This document shows positions 27,687 to 36,844 of a stretch of 40,335 nucleotides of DNA, one piece after another. A program made the position numbers and the translations under genes. How positions within the stretch are numbered: the stretch's first letter is position 1; each line of letters opens with the position of its first letter. Below the pieces are notes generated by a model. The model saw only the letters and a program-made list of their open reading frames with translations. It was not told the DNA's origin and ran no database searches. Source of the stretch: Promethearchaeota archaeon (GTDB lineage: Archaea > Asgardarchaeota > Lokiarchaeia > Sigyniarchaeales > SOKP01); contig JBHLME010000029.1 in the NCBI GenBank assembly GCA_048938445.1, positions 1-40,335 of the forward strand, in the 5' to 3' direction.

Positions 27687-28607
27687 TCATAAGGATATCA
27701 GGGCTTCTTGGAAATCATTTAATTCTAATTTGATAGAATCTAAATTTTTTACAGGAGCACAAATTCCCAAGTAAAAGGTTATTTTTCCATTTTCATCATC
27801 AATATCATATTTTCTTACGTATTCGGTCCTTTCTTCAGAAAATGTCAATTTTTCATCCAATTTTACATCTTCATCAACCAATCTTTGAAAAAATTCTAAA
27901 GATTCATTGACTCGACAGACTTTTTTATCAAAATCTCTAAAATCTATTATATTTTTATAATAATCAGAAATCATTAAACCCGATTCAGAAAATAGGATCG
28001 CATAAGAACAATCATAATTTTTAACAATTTTTTCTAATTTCATATTAATTTGTTTTAAGTTGAGCAATTTATTCAATGAATATGACATTGCTTTTGATAG
28101 AGTAGAGATATCATAATAAGTTGTATTAAAGAATTTAAATTTTAGGTCTTTATTTTGAGAGAGTATTAATTTTTTTAACATATCTGCTCGATCTGTAAAT
28201 TCTTCATTTTCTCGGTATTCAGGATCATATTTATTAAAACAAATTACAACTTCATTAGTATACTCCATTTTTTCATCGCGATATATATCTAATAGTTCAT
28301 GTAAATATTTCACAGAATCTTGAAATCTTAGATCATCTTTAATATCAATAAGAAAGTATAAGAAGTCAGTATTACTAAAGTAAATGGTATTATCAAGGTA
28401 AATTTTTCTATATTTCGCTTGTCCACCCATATCCCAGAAATTTATCATGAACCGATCAAGGAAAGAAAAGGAACTATATTCTATTTTTATCGTTGGTTTT
28501 AATTGTTTTACCCGTTCGTAAAAATTGTATTTTTTTCTTAATGCTATTAAAAAGCTTGTTTTACCTGCATTATCTAAACCCGCGAATATGAGTTTAAGTT
28601 CTTTCAT
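27687..28607 (-). CDS. Arf/Rag-like small GTPase with C-terminal roadblock-like domain
   Basis: GLDNAGKTS, PTI, WDMGGQ and NKYD motifs; C-terminal YAILFSESGLMISD resembles a roadblock strand motif. Confidence 0.82.
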   Translation of the reverse strand: MKELKLIFAGLDNAGKTSFLIALRKKYNFYERVKQLKPTIKIEYSSFSFLDRFMINFWDMGGQAKYRKIYLDNTIYFSNTDFLYFLIDIKDDLRFQDSVKYLHELLDIYRDEKMEYTNEVVICFNKYDPEYRENEEFTDRADMLKKLILSQNKDLKFKFFNTTYYDISTLSKAMSYSLNKLLNLKQINMKLEKIVKNYDCSYAILFSESGLMISDYYKNIIDFRDFDKKVCRVNESLEFFQRLVDEDVKLDEKLTFSEERTEYVRKYDIDDENGKITFYLGICAPVKNLDSIKLELNDFQEALISL

Positions 28608-28787
28608 ACTTATTAGATTATAATTTTAATTAACTCAATTAAGTTGATTTTTAATTTATAAATATATTTAAAATTCCATTATTTAACTTTTGGGATTTAA
28701 ATAATTCTATATTTTTAAAGTAAAATTTTTTATTACTTCATTCATATAATCCTCTAATAGTTAGATTTGAAAAGTTGAAATATAATA

Positions 28788-29813
28788 ATGAAAGCACAAG
28801 ATATAGATTTCTATTCGCTTGGTTTTGATTTTATAGAAACTAAGACAATGTTTGTTGTGGAATATAAGGATGGTAAATGGGAGGAAGGGAAATTAGTTCC
28901 ATTTGGTCCATTTGAAATTTCTCCCGGAGCATGTGTTTTAAATTATGGGCAAGGAATTTTTGAAGGAATGAAAGCCCTAAAGACTAAAGCTGGAGAAATT
29001 GTATTATTTCGACCAGAAGATAATGCAAAAAGACTGAATGAAAGTGCTGAAAGGATGTTAATGCCTCCCTTTGATACGAATTTATTTCTAAAAGCAATAA
29101 AACAAGTCGTTAAAGCAAACCAAGAATATGTACCTCCTTATGATAGTGGGGGGGCATTATATATAAGACCTTTATATATTGGAACGGGACCAATTTTAGG
29201 AGTTGCTCCTGCAACAGAGTATAAGTTTTTTATATTCACAATACCTGTTGGGCCATATTTCCCTGAAGGATTTAAATCAATTGATCTTGAAATCTCTAAA
29301 AAATATACTAGAGCGGCTCCTGGAGGTACTGGATCCACTAAGACTTGCTGTAATTATGCTGGGACAATGAAACCAGCTAAAGAAACGAAAGAAAAAGGAT
29401 TTGCTCAAATAATATACTTAGATGCTTCAAACATGGAATATATTGATGAGGTGGGAACGGCAAATTTTTTTGCGATCATTGATGGGATAGTTACAACCCC
29501 AAAATTAAAAGGGACAATTTTACCAGGTATAACAAGAAAATCTGTTCTAGATTTAGCTTCAAAAAAACTAGGGTTAGAAATATCAGAAAGAGATATCTCT
29601 TATGAGGAATTATATGATGATTCTTGTACTGAAGCATTTTGCACTGGAACTGCAGCAGTTATAACTCCAATTGGATCAGTATCATTTGAAAATCAAAAAA
29701 GAATTTTTAATAATGGTGAACCAGGAGAAACCACAATTAAACTATATGAACTTTTAACTGGTATTCAACGATTAGATTTGAATGATGATTTTGATTGGGT
29801 TGTTAGAGTATAA
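28788..29813 (+). CDS. ilvE: Branched-chain amino acid aminotransferase
   Basis: LNYGQGIFEGMKA, LFRP, LYIRP, K(PLP)TCCNYA, EVGTANFF, ILPGITR and TGTAAVITP motifs. Confidence 0.95.
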   Translation: MKAQDIDFYSLGFDFIETKTMFVVEYKDGKWEEGKLVPFGPFEISPGACVLNYGQGIFEGMKALKTKAGEIVLFRPEDNAKRLNESAERMLMPPFDTNLFLKAIKQVVKANQEYVPPYDSGGALYIRPLYIGTGPILGVAPATEYKFFIFTIPVGPYFPEGFKSIDLEISKKYTRAAPGGTGSTKTCCNYAGTMKPAKETKEKGFAQIIYLDASNMEYIDEVGTANFFAIIDGIVTTPKLKGTILPGITRKSVLDLASKKLGLEISERDISYEELYDDSCTEAFCTGTAAVITPIGSVSFENQKRIFNNGEPGETTIKLYELLTGIQRLDLNDDFDWVVRV

Positions 29814-29861
29814 TAAATAATAGAAAAATAAATTCTTTAGTTAAAATATATTCCCATATCA

Positions 29862-30044
29862 TTAAGTCAGACAATATTTATTTTTTTTGTAAGATTCATA
29901 ACTATTTAAGCATTTTAAATGGTAAAATATTTTTTTTTTTTCATAAAATTTTCCTTCTATTAAATCACCTATTATAAATATAAAAATTTTTTCTAATTGA
30001 TCATCTCGAATTGTTTTCTTACAAGATTCACAAACCTTTTTCAT
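29862..30044 (-). CDS. Small putative zinc-finger protein (CxxC...HxxC)
   Basis: 60-aa ORF: VCESC...FYHLKCL. Confidence 0.6.
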   Translation of the reverse strand: MKKVCESCKKTIRDDQLEKIFIFIIGDLIEGKFYEKKKIFYHLKCLNSYESYKKNKYCLT

Positions 30045-30299
30045 TCATTGTTCACTTCTTTCCATTTAAACAAAGTTTAAACTCAATATAATTGTATATT
30101 ACAGAATAAAAATCCCGATAAAATTCTTCATGCATCCATTTTAATATGAGTAATAATAATTATCTCTCTTATCGTTATTTTCTCATTCATTATACATATA
30201 ATTCCTTATTAACCGTAAACTATTTACAAACTACTTTAGATTAATTCTCTTGAAATATTTTTTGGTATTTAAAAATATTAAATAATAAAGATTAATAGG

Positions 30300-31670
30300 A
30301 TGATTGAAGTTAAAAAAGAGATTGAGAAGAATTCAACTAAAGAAGTTTTAGAACAAGTCCAATTAGAGTTTGATAAAAAACCTATATTGATAGTGTCATA
30401 TTTTGATAGTAAAATTGGCCCGAATATTCTATATTGTAATGAAAATCTTGACTCATTAAAAAATTTAGACATAAGTAGTTTTTTAGATATATTAGAATCC
30501 GGGACATTTATTTTTTCAATTTCTCAATATCGTTCCATTAATTATATTTTTAAAATAAAGTCAGATTATGCCCGAGGAGGTATTGAAACATTAATGATTT
30601 CTTATTTGATAAAAGATGGTCATGTTAATAACGAATATAAATATTTAGAATCTAAGAATTCGCTTCTGGAAGAATTTGGTTCTGAAATAAAGAAATTGAG
30701 AGATTTACCAGAAATCATACATAAAACACGTAAGAAAGAAAATCTTCTTGAATCATGCTCTAAAAAGTTTAAGGATTTATTTATAAAATTGTATGACACA
30801 TATGAAAATAAGTTAAAAAGCGATTATAAAAATCATTTGTGGAGAGAGATAGCAATAACTTGTCCTCTTTGTAATGAAATGAAATACTTGCAAATGCCAT
30901 ACAGAATCTTCAATAAAAAAAAGGAAAAAAAGAAGATTGTCATTCCAAAATATCGAGTATGTAACCATGAATTCAATATTCTTATAGATGAAAACTATAG
31001 AGTAAAATGTTTTCAACAGATAAGTAATAGAATTATAAAAGAACAAACATCACAAATGAATCCTCTTTTTATAGATATCTTTTATATAAAGCTCAACTTA
31101 AAACCTAGAATAATAATCCAAGCATTAAATGCATTTTTGATTAATTTAAAAGTTATAATTGAGATTGATGATGATAAAAGATTAGAAACTGCCATTTTAG
31201 ACTTTTTTAATTTCATCTTTTCTGATGCCTTTAAAATTCAACTTACTATAAAAAGGAATAGGAATGTGAGAACATCTGCTCTTAAATTCGAAAATCATAT
31301 TGCTTTTAAAATGAATGTAATTAATCAAAGTAAATCTATCTTGAATTATAAATTTGAAAAGGAGTTTATTTATGATTTTTTTAATCAAACTAATCCCATA
31401 TCAGCTTTAATCAATTTAAGAAATAGAATTCGTGAACTTTTCTTATTATCTCAAAGTATTCGTGATTTTTACTTAAATAATGGCAAGAATCGCTTATTAA
31501 GCAGGAAAAGGGCAATTCACTACTTGGAAAATCATTATTTTATCAAGTTAAAGAAAGATTATATTGATTTCTTAAATATTATAATAAAAAATTACTTTAA
31601 AGTAAATATTAGATGGCTTCATGATTATATTGCTGAAAGAATAGAATATATGTGGAGAAAAGATGCATAA
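30300..31670 (+). CDS. Hypothetical protein: longin/uDENN-like N-terminus, central Cys/His domain, C-terminal domain
   Basis: IVSYFDSKIGPNIL and ARGG motifs typical of longin/uDENN-like domains; CPLC...VCNHEF..LIDEN; C-terminal part unassigned. Confidence 0.65.
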   Translation: MIEVKKEIEKNSTKEVLEQVQLEFDKKPILIVSYFDSKIGPNILYCNENLDSLKNLDISSFLDILESGTFIFSISQYRSINYIFKIKSDYARGGIETLMISYLIKDGHVNNEYKYLESKNSLLEEFGSEIKKLRDLPEIIHKTRKKENLLESCSKKFKDLFIKLYDTYENKLKSDYKNHLWREIAITCPLCNEMKYLQMPYRIFNKKKEKKKIVIPKYRVCNHEFNILIDENYRVKCFQQISNRIIKEQTSQMNPLFIDIFYIKLNLKPRIIIQALNAFLINLKVIIEIDDDKRLETAILDFFNFIFSDAFKIQLTIKRNRNVRTSALKFENHIAFKMNVINQSKSILNYKFEKEFIYDFFNQTNPISALINLRNRIRELFLLSQSIRDFYLNNGKNRLLSRKRAIHYLENHYFIKLKKDYIDFLNIIIKNYFKVNIRWLHDYIAERIEYMWRKDA

Positions 31671-31691
31671 TAAATAATTGATGATCTTCAA

Positions 31692-32864
31692 TTATAATTC
31701 TTCATTTATGAAAGTCTCCAAACGATTCATTCCAATATTTATATTTTGAACATCAGTTGGATAAGAAAACCTAACAAATCCTTCTCCGTTAGGTCCAAAT
31801 GAAATACCTGGACAAATAGCTACGTGTGCTTTTTCAAGTAATTGTAATGAAAATTCCATGCTTGAAATATCAAGTTGTTTAATATTTGCAAAGATATAGA
31901 AAGCACCATGAGGTTTTAGGCATTTTATACCTTTTAACTTGTTTAAACGATTGAAAATGTAGTCTCTACGGTTTTTGTAAATTTCTAACATTTTTTTTGT
32001 TTCTTCTTCACAAGTAAGAGCGTGAATTGCTGCTACTTGTGAAATAGAAGGCGCACAGATGAGAAAATTTTGTTGAACTTTTATCATTTCATTGATAAGC
32101 CTATGAGGGGCTATTATATATCCCAATCTCCACCCTGTCATTGCCCAGAACTTACTAAATCCATCAAGAATAACGAGTCTATCATGACATTTTTTATATT
32201 GCGCATCACTCAATGATGGAGCTATTTTTCCATCATAAGTAAGTTCAGAATAAATCTCATCTGATATGATCCATATTTTATTTTTTTCTATTATATTCGC
32301 TATTTCATCTAATGTACTCTCAGGAATTATTTGTCCTGTAGGATTTGAAGGGCTATTAAGGATAATCGCTTTAGTTTTAGGTGTTATAACCTTTTTAAGC
32401 TCCCCAATATCTAAATCAAATTGATTTTCTTCATAAATTTGAACGAATACAGGTTTCCCGTTAAAAAATGTTATAAAATTTTCATAACAAGGATATCCTG
32501 GGTCAGTTATTATTATTTCATCACCAGGATTGATGAGAGTTGATAATATATTAAAAAAGGCAGGACTTGTACCTCCCGTTATCATAAATTGAGTTTTTGG
32601 ATCAAAATATGTATTTCGAGTATGCATTTTATAATCTGAAAGGGCCTCTCTTAATTCTATATATCCTAATGAATGAGTATAATGAGTTTTACCTTTTGCG
32701 ATATCAGTAAAACACCCATTTACAATTTTAAGAGGAGTATCAAAATCGGGCTCTCCAATTTCCATATGCACTATATCAATACCATTTGCTTCCATCTCAA
32801 GTGCTTTTTCGAGTATTTCCATGACAATAAAAGGTTTGATCGAGTTTACTCTATTTGAAAACAT
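31692..32864 (-). CDS. Class I PLP-dependent aminotransferase (aspartate aminotransferase family)
   Basis: IGEPDF, NSPSNPTG, SDEIY, GFSKFWAMTGWRLGY, GAFY and GEGFVRFSY motifs. Confidence 0.93.
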   Translation of the reverse strand: MFSNRVNSIKPFIVMEILEKALEMEANGIDIVHMEIGEPDFDTPLKIVNGCFTDIAKGKTHYTHSLGYIELREALSDYKMHTRNTYFDPKTQFMITGGTSPAFFNILSTLINPGDEIIITDPGYPCYENFITFFNGKPVFVQIYEENQFDLDIGELKKVITPKTKAIILNSPSNPTGQIIPESTLDEIANIIEKNKIWIISDEIYSELTYDGKIAPSLSDAQYKKCHDRLVILDGFSKFWAMTGWRLGYIIAPHRLINEMIKVQQNFLICAPSISQVAAIHALTCEEETKKMLEIYKNRRDYIFNRLNKLKGIKCLKPHGAFYIFANIKQLDISSMEFSLQLLEKAHVAICPGISFGPNGEGFVRFSYPTDVQNINIGMNRLETFINEEL

Positions 32865-33109
32865 ATTGATTATTCCATATTCGTTGTAAAATATATTAAT
32901 TAACTAGTGTTGATATTTTTTAAAGTTAATTTTCATATTATTCAATGTTAGTCATTAAAGTGGTTTGGTTTTGTTTTTATAATTACATATTTTCCTTATT
33001 ATTGTTAAATCAAAATAAAATTTAATTCAAAAAAAAAAATTTTTAAGTTATAAAAGTTAAATATTTAAATTCTACATTTTTTTGGTTTTTTAACAAAAAT
33101 AGACTTAAC

Positions 33110-33595
33110 GTGATTATCATTAAGGATAAATTCGGATTAGTAGGTTCTAAAATACCAGAGTTTGAATTGTCAAATTCGAGAGGTAAAAGTATAAATATAA
33201 GAGAATTTGAAAATAAAAAAAATGTAATCATAGTTTTATTCAGAGATATTCATTGACCCTATTGCCGCTGGCATGCGGCACAATTAAGAAAAGCTCTTGA
33301 GCAAATTAATGAATTAGATGGATTTTTATATCCAATTTTAGCTGATAATGAAAAGAATGCTATAAAAATGGAACAGAAATATGCAAGAAAATATGCTATA
33401 TTTTACGATAAGTCTAAAAAAATACCAAAACTTTTAAACCAACAAGTAAAACTCCTAAAATTGGGAAGGATGCCTGGATTATTAATTATTGACAAGCAAG
33501 GAATAATTCAATACGCTTATTACAGTGATAACATGCATGATATACCTGAAAATGAAGAAATTTTGAATATTTTAAGAAAAATCAACCAAAATTGA
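33110..33595 (+). CDS. Peroxiredoxin-like (AhpC/TSA) protein, probable selenoprotein (UxxC; TGA at 33254-33256)
   Basis: GTG start; reads GSKIPEFELSNSRGKSINIREF..KKNVIIVLFRDIH-TGA-PYCRWHAAQL...PGLLIIDKQGIIQY, with homology on both sides of the TGA in one frame. The ORF track gives only the last 75 aa. Confidence 0.85.
33263..33280 (+). promoter_or_regulatory. Stem-loop 6 nt downstream of the in-frame UGA (candidate recoding element)
   Basis: TGCCGC-TGGCAT-GCGGCA perfect 6-bp GC-rich stem in very AT-rich DNA. Confidence 0.5.
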
Positions 33596-33715
33596 TTTGG
33601 AATGGATATAATCAAAAAAAAATTAAATATTGTATCCATAAAGTTAGCCACACTTGACCAAATCTACCATTTTTTTTTTAGTAATTGATTTAAATATTGG
33701 TAATTTGATCATATT

Positions 33716-34555
33716 ATGCAAGAATTGGCAAATGCTAATGGTATCAAATTAAGTTATGAAATTCACGGTAATGAAAATTCTGAACCTTTAATTCTCGTGA
33801 GTGGATGGACATTTAAAAAAGAGATGTGGATCGCTCAGGTTGGTCCTTTAAGTGAACATTTTAAGGTAATCACATTTGATAATCGAGGATGTGGTAAATC
33901 TGATAGACCCGATATTCCTTACACGATGGATATATTTGCTGATGATATTATTGGATTAATGGATTATTTAAAAATCAATAAAGCTCACATGATGGGGTAT
34001 GCTTTAGGAGCCATGATATTACAGGTATTAGCATTAAAATATCCAAACCGTGTTAATAAATTAATATTACTTAACACGGTAGGGGGATTTCCTGATGATG
34101 AGGGTGTAGAGAACGTGAAAGCCATAAATATTAAAGCCTTAGATTTCCAGCAAAATGCTCCAGAAAAATATTTCATGAGAAGTTCTAAAATGGCCTTCCA
34201 TAGGAATTTTATAAAAGAATTAGAAGAAGATCCTTCAAAAAAATTTCATGATTTATGGTCAGTTGCAGATATTGTAAAGGAGTATAATATAAACCCACAA
34301 ACCCCTAAAGATGTAGCAAATCAATGTAATGCCATGTTAGGATTTAACATACTCAATAAATTAAACGGAATAGAGAACGAAACTCTAATCATTGCCGCAT
34401 CTCATAATAAATTACATCCAAAAGTAGCTATGGAAGCCATGCACGAAAAGATTCCTAATAGCAGGCTAGAGATTATTGAAAAAGCGGGAGATAGTGATTA
34501 TTTATCTAGGGCTCCGGAAATTAATCAATTGGTCATTGATTTTTTAAATAAGTAA
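33716..34555 (+). CDS. Alpha/beta hydrolase fold protein lacking the catalytic triad
   Basis: FDNRGCGKSD, GYALGAMI (instead of GxSxG), P.RVNKLIL, ASHNKL and KAGD motifs. Confidence 0.88.
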   Translation: MQELANANGIKLSYEIHGNENSEPLILVSGWTFKKEMWIAQVGPLSEHFKVITFDNRGCGKSDRPDIPYTMDIFADDIIGLMDYLKINKAHMMGYALGAMILQVLALKYPNRVNKLILLNTVGGFPDDEGVENVKAINIKALDFQQNAPEKYFMRSSKMAFHRNFIKELEEDPSKKFHDLWSVADIVKEYNINPQTPKDVANQCNAMLGFNILNKLNGIENETLIIAASHNKLHPKVAMEAMHEKIPNSRLEIIEKAGDSDYLSRAPEINQLVIDFLNK

Positions 34556-34794
34556 ATTGTTCAGATAATAACGTTTCAATTACTTAATTAGATATTCAAA
34601 CTGGAAAGAATCAAAATATAAAATAAAACAAGATTTCATATTAATTTTTTTTAATTCTAGTATATTTTATAAAATTCAAGTTCAATTACTTACCACATAG
34701 TTTTATAAATAAAGCTAAGATATTTTATCTTTGGAATATCATCATGATATTTCAAAATAATTTAAAAAAAGCGGAATCCGAAAAGTTGATCTAA

Positions 34795-36021
34795 ATGAAG
34801 AAAGTTCAAAAAATACTTGCACTTTCAATTTTCATAACAATTCTTAGCATATCAATCTCAATAAACGTAGTTCCCGTTAATGCCTGTTATAATTCAAGTG
34901 AATTTGAAGAATATGCTTACTGGAAAGATTCGCATGGTCAAAAATATTTAGAAATAAAAGCTAATGATTATTATTCTTTAGGTTGTTTCGAAGGAATTGA
35001 ATTAGCTGATAAAATATTAACAATGAAAGCATCAATTGAAGCATTGTTTAGTGGCTATGGAATTCCTTATGATTACCTAAGAGACTTAGCTAATTTGTAC
35101 AAACCCTATATTCCAGAAGATTATATTACTGAAATGCAAGGAATGGCCGATGTACTTGATTTTCAGGGTATAATATTCGATGATATTCTCTTACAAAACT
35201 GTTTTATAGACATTTACTATGGTCAGTTAGTTCCTCAATTATCGGGATCTCCACGTCCCCCACTTGAAATTGGATGTACTGGAATGGCTTCAAAAAACAA
35301 AGATGGTTCAGTTACTATTGGACAAAATTTTGATTTCTCACAGTTTTTACACCCTACCTTATCTTTTGTGTTACATCAAATCAAGGGAAAGCCAGCGATT
35401 TTTTCTCTAAGAATGGGGGGAATGTTAGGGTTACCAATGGGAAAAAACAGTAAGGGAATTATTTCTACTGTAAATGTGGTTGAAACTATAATAATTGGTT
35501 CTATAGATGTACCTTCTACTTCGAGAACAAGATTAGGTTTTGAAAACAGCAAGTCCGCAGAAGAATTTTTTGATTATCTCAATATTTCTACTCTTCCAGT
35601 TAGTTATAATTCTATTTACGCTGATAAGAAATCTAATGTAATTGGGACACAAAACATTCCGAATTTATCATTAAAAGAGGAAATAGAAGTTGGAGAATTT
35701 TTAGTGAGAAGTAATACCTATATTACGGAAGAATTTAAGCCATATCTCCTTGATCCCTCTTATTCCGTCAATAGGCAAAATAAAGCTGAAGAATTGGTAG
35801 GAGAGTCATTTGTAGATGAAAAACTATCTTTATATGAATTAATAAATATCCTTCAATATAAAGATAATACTGATGCTTCAATTTGCAGAATTGGTTCGAT
35901 TGATCCTGTAGAAACCCAGACAGGTGCTTTTATGGCATGTAGACAATTCAGAATTTTTGGCTTTGGTATATTTGGCCTTGGAAACGCTCTCGAGAGTAAT
36001 TGGGGAATCATTCCAATATGA
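34795..36021 (+). CDS. Secreted C45-family autoproteolytic acyltransferase/peptidase (Ntn hydrolase)
   Basis: N-terminal signal/anchor, EMQGMAD, G|CTG nucleophile, GQNFDF, GKNSKG and RSN motifs. Confidence 0.82.
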   Translation: MKKVQKILALSIFITILSISISINVVPVNACYNSSEFEEYAYWKDSHGQKYLEIKANDYYSLGCFEGIELADKILTMKASIEALFSGYGIPYDYLRDLANLYKPYIPEDYITEMQGMADVLDFQGIIFDDILLQNCFIDIYYGQLVPQLSGSPRPPLEIGCTGMASKNKDGSVTIGQNFDFSQFLHPTLSFVLHQIKGKPAIFSLRMGGMLGLPMGKNSKGIISTVNVVETIIIGSIDVPSTSRTRLGFENSKSAEEFFDYLNISTLPVSYNSIYADKKSNVIGTQNIPNLSLKEEIEVGEFLVRSNTYITEEFKPYLLDPSYSVNRQNKAEELVGESFVDEKLSLYELINILQYKDNTDASICRIGSIDPVETQTGAFMACRQFRIFGFGIFGLGNALESNWGIIPI

Positions 36022-36051
36022 GAATTGAAATAAATAAATATCCTTTTTTTT

Positions 36052-36662
36052 TTATATTAAAAATGATAATTCATGTAAGAGCATTATTTGAGGAAAAAAT
36101 ATTGAAATTATAAATCCAATAATAATACTTAAGAAAAATGCTATAATAACATCAGAAAGATAATGAACACCTTGATATACACGAGAAACGGCTACTAAGA
36201 TACTAATTACTGTTGCTATTATCAAGGTTGTAGTCCCGCTATAGCAAAAAGCTAAAGCAAATGAACTTACTGTAATATAATAAGTATGACCACTTGGAAA
36301 TGAAGAATTTTTCTCTCTTGTTAACGGTTTTATATCTTTATGAGTAAAATAAGGGCGGTTCCTGTTAATAATTTTTTCAATGGAATTATAATTAATAATG
36401 GACTTAAACCTGCAAGTATCAATACATAAGCCATGTGATAAATATCAAGAATGAATAAAATTATGACAATGCCACTCCAAATAAAAGGTAAACCTAAAAA
36501 AGACAATGATTTCCAAAAATAATTACCAATTTTTGTTCTGAATATTTGAATTTTTGAAGATACTTCATAATCAACATCCTCAACAATATTTCTAAAAAAA
36601 GGAAAAAATCCCTTTTTTACTTGATTATTATTTATTTCGCGTGAACCTTTTGGCTTATCCAT
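36052..36662 (-). pseudogene. PAP2-family membrane phosphatase interrupted by a 1-nt frameshift (T6 run at 36372-36377)
   Basis: Adding one A to the A6 run gives PLKKIINRNRP...SFPSGH...SRVYQGVHYLSDV, i.e. all three PAP2 motifs; stop at 36052-36054. Confidence 0.85.
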
Positions 36663-36844
36663 AATTTATTATGTTTTTTTACTCATGTGGTATGAAATGT
36701 TTTTGATTAAAGCAACCCTTACTTAAATATTTAAATAGTATGATGTTGATTATATAAACCTAATGCTTTATTCAAGCAAAAATTTAACTGAATAGACATG
36801 TATCAATTAAACTAGTATATTTTAAATAAAATAATAAATATGAG

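Noticed and set aside
33368-33595. 75-aa stand-alone ORF
   Set aside because: It is the C-terminal half of the TGA-interrupted peroxiredoxin-like gene.
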